Source of the DNA: Eledone cirrhosa
Lineage: Eukaryota
DNA length: 64,000 bases
Assembly: GCA_964016885.1 (NCBI GenBank)
Contig: OZ024743.1
Coordinates: 131,998,001 to 132,062,000 of the forward strand
Direction of reading: 5' to 3'
The position numbers were made by a program, and so were the translations under genes. Positions 23,701-35,000 of the stretch are shown one piece after another; within the stretch, counting starts at the first letter, position 1; each line of letters starts with the position of its first letter. Below the pieces are notes generated by a model that made no database searches, was not told where the DNA came from, and was given only the letters and a program-made list of their open reading frames with translations.

Positions 23701-26204
23701 TTTGGTGCTTGGTGTTTGGTGCTTGGTGTTAGGTGTTTGGTGCTTGGTGCTTGGTGTTTGGTGTTTGGTGCTTGGTGTTTGGTGCTTGGTGCTTGGTGTT
23801 TGGTGTTTGGTGCTTGGTGTTTGGTGCTTGGTACTTGGTACTTGGTGCTTGGTGTTAGGTGTTTGGTGCTTGGTGCTTGGTGTTTGGTTTTTGGTGCTTG
23901 GTGCTTGGTGTTTGGTGTTTGGTGCTTGCTGCTGGCTGCTTGGTGTTTGGTGCTTGGTGATTGGTGCTTGGTGTTTGGTGCTTGGTGTTTGGTGTTTGGT
24001 ACTAGGTGCTTGGTGTTTGGTGTTTGGTGTTTGGTGCTTGGTGTTTGGTGTTTGGTGTTTTGTGCTTGGTGCTTGGTGCTTGGTTCTGGGTGGTTGGTGT
24101 TTGGTGCTTGGTGATTAGTGTTTGGTGCTAGGTGCTTGGGGTTTGGTGTTTGGTGCTTGGTGCTTGGTGTTTGGTGCTTGGTGCTTGGTGTTTGGTGCTT
24201 GGTGCTTGGTGTTTGCTGTTTGCTGTTTGCTGTTTGGTGTTTGTTGTTTGGTGTTTGTTGATTGGTGTTTGCTGTTTGGTGCTTGGTGCTTGGTCTTTGG
24301 TGCTTGGTGTTTGGTGTTTGGTGCTTGGTGCTTTGTGTTTGGTGCTTGGTGATTAGTGTTTGGTGCTTGGTGCTTGGGGTTTGGTGTTTGGTGCTTGGTA
24401 CTTGTTGTTTGGTGCTTGGTGTTTGGTGTTTGCTGTTTGGTGTTTGGTGTTTGGTGTTTGCTGTATGGTGTTTGCTGTTTCGTGTTTGGTGTTTGCTGTT
24501 TGGTGTTTGGTGTTTGCTGTTTGGTGTTTGGTCTTTGGTGCTTGGTGTTTGGTGCTTGGTGCTTGGTGTATGGTGTTTGGTGCTTGGTGTTTGGTGTTTG
24601 GTGCTTGGTGCTTGGTGCTTGGTGTTTGGTGTTTGGTGTTTGGTGCTTGGTGTCTGGTGCTTGGTGTTTGGTGTTTGGTGTTTGGTGCTTGGTGTTTGGT
24701 GTTTGGTGTTTGGTATTTGGTGCTTGTTGCTTGGTACTTGGTGCTTGGTGTTTGGTGCTTGGTGCTTGGTGTTTGGTGCTGGGTGCTTGGTGTTTGGTGC
24801 TTGGTGCTTGGTGCTTGGTGTTTGGTGTTTGGTGCTTGGTGCTTGGTGCTTGGTGTTTGGTGTTTGGTGCTTGGTGTTTTATGCTTGGTGTTTGATATTT
24901 GGTGCTTGGTGCTTGGTGTTTGGTGCTTGGTGCTTGGTGTTTGTACTTGGTGCTTGGTGCTTGGTTCTTGGTGTTTGGTGCTTGGTGCTTGGTGCTTGGT
25001 GCTTGGTGTTTGGTGCTTGGTGTTTGGTGCTTGGTGTTTGGTGCTTGGTGCCTGGTGCTTGGTGCTTGGTGCTTGGTGTTTGGTGCTTGGTGTTTGGTGC
25101 TTGGTATTAGGTGTTTGGTGCTTGGTGCTTGGTGTTTGGTGTTTGGTGCTTGGTGTTTGGTGCTTGGTGCTTGGTGTTTGGTGTTTGGTGCTTGGTGTTT
25201 GGTGCTTGGTACTTGGTGCTTGGTGCTTGGTGTTAGGTGTTTGGTGCTTGGTGCTTGGTGTTTGGTTTTTGGTGCTTGGTGCTTGGTGTTCGGTGTTTGG
25301 TGCTTGCTGCTGGCTGCTTGGTGTTTGGTGCTTGGTGATTGGTGCTTGGTGTTTGGTGCTTGGTGTTTGGTGTTTGGTACTAGGTGCTTGGTGCTTGGTG
25401 TTTGGTGCTTGGTGCTTGGTGTTTGGTGTTTGGTGCTTGGTGCTTGGTGTTTGGTGCTTGGTGCTGGGTGCTGGGTGGTTGGTGTTTGGTGTTTGGTGTT
25501 TGGTGCTGAGTGCTTGGTGTTTGGTGCTTGGTGCTTGGTCTTTGGTGTTTGGTGTTTGGTGTTTGGTGCTTGGTGCTTGGTGCTTGGTGTTTGGTGCTTG
25601 GTGCTTGGTGTTTGGTGCTTGGTGCTTAGTGTTTGGTGCTAGGTGCTTGGGGTTTGGTGTTTGGTGCTTGGTGCTTGGTGTTTGGTGCTTGGTGCTTGGT
25701 GTTTGGTGTTTGGTGCTTGGTGCTTGGTGTTTGGTGTTTGGTGTTTGCTGTTTGGTGTTTGGTGTTTGGTGTTTGCTGTTTGGTGTCTGCTTTTTGGTGT
25801 TTGGTGTTGGCTGTATGTTATTTGCTGTTTGGTGTTTGGTGTTTGGTGTTTGGTGCTTGGTGCTTGGTGTTTGGTGTTTGGTGCTTGGTGCTTGGAGTTT
25901 GGTGTTTGGTGCTTGGTGCTTGGTGTTTTGTGTTTGGTGTTTGGTTTTTGGTGCTTGGTGCTTGGTGCTTGTTGCTTGGTCCTTGGTGTTTGGTGCTTGG
26001 TGCTTGGTGTTTGTACTTGGTGCTTGGTGCTTGGTGTTTGGTTCTTGGTTCTTGGTGTTTGGTACTTGGTGCTTGGTGCTTGGTGCTTGGTGTTTGGTGT
26101 TTGGTGCTTGGTGTTTGGTGCTTGGTGCTTGGTGCTTGGTGTTAGGTGTTTGGTGCTTGGTGCTTGGTGTTTGGTGCTTGGTGTTTGGTGTCTGCTGTTT
26201 GGTG
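14798..26204. repeat. Tandem duplication, period 5699 bp, 2 near-identical copies
   Basis: ORF pairs at exactly +5699: 15000/20699, 15249/20948, 15733/21432, 17013/22712, 18661/24360, 19200/24899, 19934/25633. Marker TAGGTAT at about 14850/20549. Junction near 20497. Confidence 0.94.
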
Positions 26205-29039
26205 TTTGGTGCTTGGTGTTTGGTGTTTGCTGTTTGGTGTCTGCTTTTTGGTGTTTGGTGTTTGCTGTATGGTGTTTGCTGTTTCGTGTTTGGTGTTTGC
26301 TGTTTGGTGTTTGGTGTTTGCTGTTTGGTGTTTGGTCTTTGGTGCTTGGTGTTTGGTGCTTGGTGCTTGGTGTTTGGTGTTTGGTGCTTGGTGCTTGGTG
26401 CTTCGTGTTTGGTGTTTGGTGCTTGGTGTCTGGAGCTTGGTGTTTGGTGTTTGGTGCTTGGTGTTTGGTGTTTGGTGCTTGGTGCTTGGTGTTTGGTGCT
26501 TGGTGCATGGTGTTTGTACTTGGTGCTTGGTGCTTGGTGTTTGGTGCTTGGTTCTTGGTGTTTGGTGCTTGGTGTTTGGTGCTTGGTGCTTGGTGTTTGG
26601 TGCTTGGTGCTTGGTGTTTGGTGTTTGGTGCTTGGTGCTTGGTGCTTGGTGTTTGGTGTTTGGTGCTTGGTGCTTGGTGTTTGGTGTTTGGTTCTTGGTG
26701 CTTGGTATTTGGTGCTTGGTGCTTGCTGCTTGGTGTTTGGTGCTTGGTGATTGATGCTTGGTGTTTGATGCTTGGTGCTTGGTGTTTGGTTTTTGGTGCT
26801 AGGTGCTTGGTGCTTGGTGTTTGGTGCTTGGTGTTTGGTGTTTGCTGCTTGGTGCTTGGGGCTTGGTGTTTGGTACTTGGTGCTTGGTGCTTGGTGTTTG
26901 GTGCTTGGTGCTTGGTGTATGGTGTTTGGTGTTTGGTGCTTGGTGTTTGGTGTTTGGTGCTTGGTGCTTGGTGTTTGTTGCTTGGTACTTGGTTCATGGT
27001 GTTTGGTGCTGGGTGCTTGGTGTTTGGTGCTTGGTGCTTGGTGTTTGGTGTTTGGTGCTTGGTGTTTGGTGTTTTGTGCTTGGTGCTTGGTGTTTGTTGC
27101 TTGGTACTTGGTGCATGGTGTTTGGTGCTGGGTGCTTGCTGTTTGGTGCTTGGTGCTTGGTGTTTGGTGTTTGGTGTTTGATGCTTGGTGTTTGATGCTT
27201 GGTGCTTGGTGCTTGGTGTTTGGTGCTTGGTGTTTGTACTTGGTGCTTGGTGTTTTGTGCTTGGTTCTTTGTGTTTGGTGTTTGGTGCTTGGTGCTTGGT
27301 GCTTGGTGTTAGGTGTTTGGTGCTTGGTGCTTGGTGTTTGGTGTTTGGTCCTTGGTGCTTGGTGTTTAGTGCTTGGTGCTTGGTGTTTGTTGTTTGGTGC
27401 TTTCTGCTTGCTGCTTGGCGTTTGGTGCTTGGTGCTTGGTGCTTGGTGTTTGGTGTTTGGTGCTAGGTGCTTGGTGTTTGGTGTTTGGTGTTTGATGCTT
27501 GGTGTTTGGTGCTTGGTGTTTGGTGTTTTGTGCTTGGTGCTTGGGGCTTGGTGTTTAGTGGTTGGTGCTTGGTGCTTGGTGTTTGGTGCTTGGTGCTTGG
27601 TGTTTGGTGTTTGGTGTTTGGTGCTTGGTGCTTGGTGTTTGGTGCTTGGTGCTTGGTGCTGGGTGGTTGGTATTTGGTGCTTGGTGCTTGGTGTTTGGTG
27701 CTTGGTGCTTGGTGCTTGGTGTTTGGTGCTTGGTGCTTGGTGCTTGGTCTTTGGTGCTTGGTGTTTGGTGCTTGGTGCTTGGTGCTTGGTGTTTGGTGCT
27801 TGGTGATTAGTGTTTGGTGCTTGGTTGGGGTTTGGTGTTTGGTGCTTGGTACTTGGTGTTTGGTGCTTGGTGTTTGGTGTTTGCTGTTTGGTGTTTGGTG
27901 TTTGCTGTTTGCTGTTTGCTGTTTGCTTTTTGGTGTTTGGTGTTTGCTGTATGGTGTTTGCTGTTTGGTGTTTGGTGTTTGCTGTTTGGTGTTTGGTGTT
28001 TGCTGTTTGGTCTTTGGTGCTTGGTGTTTGGTGCTTGGTGCTTGGTGTTTGGTGTTTGGTGCTTGGTGCTTGGTGTTTGGTGTTTGTTGCTTGGTGCTTG
28101 GTGCTTGGTGTTTGGTGTTTGGTGTTTGGTGCTTGGTGTCTGGTGCTTGGTGTTTGGTGTTTGGTGTTTGGTGCTTGGTGTTTGGTGTTTGGTGTTTGGT
28201 GCTTGGTGCTTGGTGTTTGTTGTTTGGTGCTTTCTGCTTGCTGCTTGGCGTTTGGTGCTTGGTGCTTGGTGCTTGCTGTTTGGTGTTTGGTGCTTGGTGC
28301 TTGGTGTTTGGTGTTTGGTGTTATATGCTTGGTGTTTGATGCTTGGTGCTTGGTGCTTGGTATTTGGTGTTTGGTGCTTGGTGTTTGTACTTGGTGCTTG
28401 GTTCTTGGTTCTTGGTGCTTGGTGCTTGGTGCTGGGTGCTTGGTGCTTGGTGTTTGGTGCTTGGTGTTTGGTGCTTGGTGTTTGGTGCTTGGTGCCTGGT
28501 GCTTGGTGCTTGGTGCTTGGTGTTTGGTGCTTGGTGTTTGGTGCTTGGTGTTAGGTGTTTGGTGCTTGGTGCTTGGTGTTTGGTGTTTGGTGCTTGGTGT
28601 TTGGTGCTTGGTGCTTGGTGTTTGGTGTTTGGTGCTTGGTGTTTGGTGCTTGGTACTTGGTGCTTGGTGCTTGGTGTTAGGTGTTTGGTGCTTGGTGCTT
28701 GGTGTTTGGTGTTTGGTGCTTGCTGCTGGCTGCTTGGTGTTTGGTGCTTGGTGATTGGTGCTTGGTGTTTGGTGCTTGGTGTTTGGTGTTTGGTACTAGG
28801 TGCTTGGTGTTTGGTGTTTGGTGCTTGGTGCTTGGTGTTTGGTGTTTGGTGTTTGGTGCTTGGTGCTTGGTGCTTGGTGCTGGGTGGTTGGTGTTTGGTG
28901 CTTGGTAATTAGTGTTTGGTGCTAGGTGCTTGGGGTTTGGTGTTTGGTGCTTGGTGCTTGGTGTTTGGTGCTTGGTGCTTGGTGTTTGGTGCTTGGTGCT
29001 TGGTGTTTGGTGTTTGCTGTTTGCTGTTTGGTGTTTGTT

Positions 29040-32000
29040 GTTTGGTGTTTGTTGATTGGTGTTTGCTGTTTGGTGTTTGGTATTTGGTGTTTGCTGTTTG
29101 GTGTCTGCTTTTTGGTGTTTGGTGTTTGCTGTATGTTGTTTGCTGTTTGGTGTTTGGTGTTTGGTGTTTGGTGTCTGCTGCTTGGTGCTTGGTGTTTGGT
29201 GCTTGGGGCTTGGTGTTTGGTGCCTGGTGCTTGGTACTTGGTTGTTTGGTGTTTGGTGCTTGGTGCTTGGGGCTTGGAGTTTGGTGTTTGGTGCTTGGTG
29301 CTTGGTGTTTGTACTTGGTGCTTGGTGCTTGGTGTTTGGTTCTTGGTTCTTGGTGTTTGGTACTTGGTGCTTGGTGCTTGGTGCTTGGTGTTTGGTGTTT
29401 GGTGCTTGGTGTTTGGTGCTTGTTGCTTGGTGCTTGGTGCTTGGTGTTAGGTGTTTGGTGCTTGGTGCTTGGTGTTTGGTGCTTGGTGTTTGCTGTTTGG
29501 TGTTTGGTGTTTGGTGTTTGGTGTTTGCTGTTTGGTGTCTGCTTTTTGGTGTTTGGTGTTTGCTGTATGGTGTTTGCTGTTTCGTGTTTGGTGTTTGCTG
29601 TTTGGTGTTTGGTGCTTCGTGTTTGGTGCTTGGTGTTTGGTGCTTGGTGCCTGGTGCTTGGTGCTTGGTGCTTGCTGCTGGCTGCTTGGTGTTTGGTGCT
29701 TGGTGATTGGTGCTTGGTGTTTGGTGCTTGGTGTTTGGTGTTTGGTACTAGGTGCTTGGTGTTTGGTGTTTGGTGCTTTGTGCTTGGTGTTTGGTGTTTG
29801 GTGTTTGGTGCTTGGTGCTTGGTGCTTGGTGCTGGGTGGTTGGTGTTTGGTGCTTGGTGATTAGTGTTTGGTGCTAGGTGCTTGGGGTTTGGTGTTTGGT
29901 GCTTGGTGCTTGGTGTTTGGTGCTTGGTGCTTGGTGTTTGGTGCTTGGTGCTTGGTGTTTGCTGTTTGCTGTTTGCTGTTTGCTGTTTGTTGTTTGGTGT
30001 TTGTTGATCGGTGTTTGCTGTTTGGTGCTTGGTGCTTGGTCTTTGGTGCTTGGTGTTTGGTGTTTGGTGCTTCGTGCTTTGTGTTTGGTGCTTGGTGATT
30101 AGTGTTTGGTGCTTGGTGCTTGGGGTTTGGTGTTTGGTGCTTGGTACTTGGTGTTTGGTGCTTGGTGTTTGGTGTTTGCTGTTTGGTGTTTGGTGTTTGG
30201 TGTTTGCTGTATGGTGTTTGCTGTTTCGTGTTTGGTGTTTGCTGTTTGGTGTTTGGTGTTTGCTGTTTGGTGTTTGGTCTTTGGTGCTTGGTGTTTGGTG
30301 CTTGGTGCTTGGTGTTTGGTGTTTGGTGCTTGGTGTTTGGTGTTTGGTGCTTGGTGCTTGGTGCTTGGTGTTTGGTGTTTGGTGTTTGGTGCTTGGTGTC
30401 TGGTGCTTGGTGTTTGGTGTTTGGTGTTTGGTGCTTGGTGTTTGGTGTTTGGTGTTTGGTGCTTGGTGCTTGTTGCTTGGTACTTGGTGCTTGGTGTTTG
30501 GTGCTTGGTGCTTGGTGTTTGGTGCTGGGTGCTTGGTGTTTGGTGCTTGGTGCTTGGTGCTTGGTGTTTGGTGTTTGGTGCTTGGTGCTTGGTGCTTGGT
30601 GTTTGGTGTTTGGTGCTTGGTGTTTTATGCTTGGTGTTTGATGTTTGGTGCTTGGTGCTTGGTGTTTGGTGCTTGGTGCTTGGTGTTTGTACTTGGTGCT
30701 TGGTGCTTGGTTCTTGGTGTTTGGTGCTTGGTGCTTGGTGCTTGGTGCTTGGTGTTTGGTGCTTGGTGTTTGGTGCTTGGTGTTTGGTGCTTGGTGCCTG
30801 GTGCTTGGTGCTTGGTGCTTGGTGTTTGGTGCTTGGTGTTTGGTGCTTGGTATTAGGTGTTTGGTGCTTGGTGCTTGGTGTTTGGTGTTTGGTGCTTGGT
30901 GTTTGGTGCTTGGTGCTTGGTGTTTGGTGTTTGGTGCTTGGTGTTTGGTGCTTGGTACTTGGTGCTTGGTGCTTGGTGTTAGGTGTTTGGTGCTTGGTGC
31001 TTGGTGTTTGGTGTTTGGTGCTTGCTGCTGGCTGCTTGGTGTTTGGTGCTTGGTGATTGGTGCTTGGTGTTTGGTGCTTGGTGTTTGGTGTTTGGTACTA
31101 GGTGCTTGGTGCTTGGTGTTTGGTGCTTGGTGCTTGGTGTTTGGTGTTTGGTGCTTGGTGCTTGGTGTTTGGTGCTTGGTGCTGGGTGCTGGGTGGTTGG
31201 TGTTTGGTGTTTGGTGTTTGGTGCTGGGTGCTTGGTGTTTGGTGCTTGGTGCTTGGTCTTTGGTGTTTGGTGTTTCGTGTTTGGTGCTTGGTGCTTGGTG
31301 CTTGGTGTTTGGTGCTTGGTGCTTGGTGTTTGGTGCTTGGTGCTTAGTGGTTGGTGCTAGGTGCTTGGGGTTTGGTGTTTGGTGCTTGGTGCTTGGTGTT
31401 TGGTGTTTGGTGCTTGGTGTTTGGTGTTTGGTGCTTGGTGCTTGGTGTTTGGTGTTTGGTGTTTGCTGTTTGGTGTTTTGTGTTTGGTGTTTGCTGTTTG
31501 GTGTCTGCTTTTTGGTGTTTGGTGTTGGCTGTATGTTATTTGCTGTTTGGTGTTTGGTGTTTCGTGTTTGGTGCTTGGTGCTTGGTGTTTGGTGTTTGGT
31601 GCTTGGTGCTTGGAGTTTGGTGTTTGGTGCTTGGTGCTTGGTGTTTTGTGTTTGGTGTTTGGTTTTTGGTGCTTGGTGCTTGGTGCTTGTTGCTTGGTCC
31701 TTGGTGTTTGGTGCTTGGTGCTTGGTGTTTGTACTTGGTGCTTGGTGCTTGGTGTTTGGTTCTTGGTTCTTGGTGTTTGGTACTTGGTGCTTGGTGCTTG
31801 GTGCTTGGTGTTTGGTGTTTGGTGCTTGGTGTTTGATGCTTGGTGCTTGGTGCTTGGTGTTAGGTGTTTGGTGCTTGGTGCTTGGTGTTTGGTGCTTGGT
31901 GTTTGGTGTTTGCTGTTTGGTGTTTGGTGCTTGGTGTTTGGTGTTTGCTGTTTGGTGTCTGCTTTTTGGTGTTTGCTGTTTGCTGTATGGTGTTTGCTGT

Positions 32001-35000
32001 TTCGTGTTTGGTGTTTGCTGTTTGGTGTTTGGTGTTTGCTGTTTGGTGTTTGGTCTTTGGTGCTTGGTGTTTGGTGCTTGGTGCTTGGTGTTTGGTGTTT
32101 GGTGCTTGGTGCTTGGTGCTTCGTGTTTGGTGTTTGGTGCTTGGTGTCTGGAGCTTGGTGTTTGGTGTTTGGTGCTTGGTGTTTGGTGTTTGGTGCTTGG
32201 TGCTTGGTGTTTGGTGCTTGGTGCTTGGTGTTTGTACTTGGTGCTTGGTGCTTGGTGTTTGGGGCTTGGTTCTTGGTGTTTGGTGCTTGGTGTTTGGTGC
32301 TTGGTGCTTGGTGTTTGGTGGTTGGTGCTTGGTGTTTGCTGTTTGGTGCTTGGTGCTTGGTGCTTGGTGTTTGGTGTTTGGTGCTTGGTGCTTGGTGTTT
32401 GGTGTTTGGTTCTTGGTGCTTGGTATTTGGTGCTTGGTGCTTGCTGCTTGGTGTTTGGTGCTTGGTGATTGATGCTTGGTGTTTGATGCTTGGTGCTTGG
32501 TGTTTGGTTTTTGGTGCTAGGTGCTTGGTGCTTGGTGTTTGGTGCTTGGTGTTTGGTGTTTGCTGCTTGGTGCTTGGGGCTTGGTGTTTGGTACTTGGTG
32601 CTTGGTGCTTGGTGTTTGGTGCTTGGTGCTTGGTGTATGGTGTTTGGTGTTTGGTGCTTGGTGTTTGGTGTTTGGTGCTTGGTGCTTGGCGTTTGTTGCT
32701 TGGTACTTGGTACATGGTGTTTGGTGCTGGGTGCTTGGTGTTTGGTGCTTGGTGCTTGGTGTTTGGTGTTTGGTGCTTGGTGTTTGGTGTTTGGTGCTTG
32801 GTGCTTGGTGTTTGTTGCTTGGTACTTGGTGCATGGTGTTTGGTGCTGGGTGCTTGGTGTTTGGTGCTTGGTGTTTGGTGCTTGGTGCTTGGTGTTTGGT
32901 GTTTGGTGTTTGATGCTTGGTGTTTGATGCTTGGTGCTTGGTGCTTGGTGTTTGGTGCTTGGTGTTTGTACTTGGTGCTTGGTGTTTTGTGCTTGGTTCT
33001 TTGTGTTTGGTGTTTGGTGCTTGGTGCTTGGTGCTTGGTGTTAGGTGTTTGGTGCTTGGTGCTTGGTGTTTGGTGTTTGGTCCTTGGTGCTTGGTGTTTA
33101 GTGCTTGGTGCTTGGTGTTTGTTGTTTGGTGCTTTCTGCTTGTGGCTTGGCGTTTGGTGCTTGGTGCTTGGTGCTTGGTGTTTGGTGTTTGGTGCTAGGT
33201 GCTTGGTGTTTGGTGTTTGGTGTTTGGTGCTTGGTGCTTGGTGTTTGGTGCTTGGTGCTTGGTGTTTGGTGTTTGGTGTTTGGTGCTTGGTGCTTGGTGT
33301 TTGGTGCTTGGTGCTTGGTGCTGGGTGGTTGGTATTTGGTGCTTGGTGCTTGGTGTTTGGTGCTTGGTGCTTGGTGCTTGGTGTTTGGTGCTTGGTGCTT
33401 GGTGCTTGGTCTTTGGTGCTTGGTGTTTGGTGCTTGGTGCTTGGTGCTTGGTGTTTGGTGCTTGGTGATTAGTGTTTGGTGCTTGGTGCTTGGGGTTTGG
33501 TGTTTGGTGCTTGGTACTTGGTGTTTGGTGCTTGGTGTTTGGTGTTTGCTGTTTGGTGTTTGGTGTTTGCTGTTTGCTGTTTGCTGTTTGCTTTTTGGTG
33601 TTTGGTGTTTGCTGTATGGTGTTTGCTCTTTGGTGTTTGGTGTTTGCTGTTTGGTGTTTGGTGTTTGCTGTTTGGTCTTTGGTGCTTGGTGTTTGGTGCT
33701 TGGTGCTTGGTGTTTGGTGTTTGGTGCTTGGTGCTTGGTGTTTGGTGTTTGTTGCTTGGTGCTTGGTGCTTGGTGTTTGGTGTTTGGTGTTTGTTGATTG
33801 GTGTTTGCTGTTTGGTGTTTGGTATTTGGTGTTTGCTGTTTGGTGTCTGCTTTTTGGTGTTTGGTGTTTGCTGTATGTTGTTTGCTGTTTGGTGTTTGGT
33901 GTTTGGTGTTTGGTGTTTGCTGCTTGGTGCTTGGTGTTTGGTGCTTGGGGCTTGGTGTTTGGTGCCTGGTGCTTGGTACTTGGTTGTTTGGTGTTTGGTG
34001 CTTGGTGCTTGGGGCTTGGAGTTTGGTGTTTGGTGCTTGGTGCTTGGTGTTTGTACTTGGTGCTTGGTGCTTGGTGTTTGGTTCTTGGTTCTTGGTGTTT
34101 GGTACTTGGTGCTTGGTGCTTGGTGCTTGGTGTTTGGTGTTCGGTGCTTGGTGTTTGGTGCTTGCTGCTTGGTGCTTGGTGCTTCGTGTTAGGTGTTTGG
34201 TGCTTGGTGCTTGGTGTTTGGTGCTTGGTGTTTGGTGTTTGGTGTTTGGTGTTTGGTGTTTGCTGTTTGCTGTTTGGTGTCTGCTTTTTGGTGTTTGGTG
34301 TTTGCTGTATGGTGTTTGCTGTTTCGTGTTTGGTGTTTGCTGTTTGGTGTTTGGTGCTTCGTGTTTGGTGCTTGGTGTTTGGTGCTTGGTGCCTGGTGCT
34401 CGGTGCTTGGTGCTTGCTGCTGGCTGCTTGGTGTTTGGTGCTTGGTGATTGGTGCTTGGTGTTTGGTGCTTGGTGTTTGGTGTTTGGTACTAGGTGCTTG
34501 GTGTTTGGTGTTTGGTGCTTGGTGCTTGGTGTTTGGTGTTTGGTGTTTGGTGCTTGGTGCTTGGTGCTTGGTGCTGGGTGGTTGGTGTTTGGTGCTTGGT
34601 GATTAGTGTTTGGTGCTAGGTGCTTGGGGTTTGGTGTTTGGTGCTTGGTGCTTGGTGATTGGTGCTTGGTGCTTGGTGTTTGGTGCTTGGTGCTTGGTGT
34701 TTGCTGTTTGCTGTTTGCTGTTTGGTGTTTGTTGTTTGGTGTTTGTTGATTGGTGTTTGCTGCTTGGTGCTTGGTCTTTGGTGCTTGGTGTTTGGTGTTT
34801 GGTGCTTCGTGCTTTGTGTTTGGTGCTTGGTGATTAGTGTTTGGTGCTTGGTGCTTGGGGTTTGGTGTTTGGTGCTTGGTACTTGGTGTTTGGTGCTTGG
34901 TTTTTGGTGTTTGCTGTTTGGTGTTTGGTGTTTGGTGTTTGCTGTATGGTGTTTGCTGTTTCGTGTTTGGTGTTTGCTGTTTGGTGTTTGGTGTTTGCTG

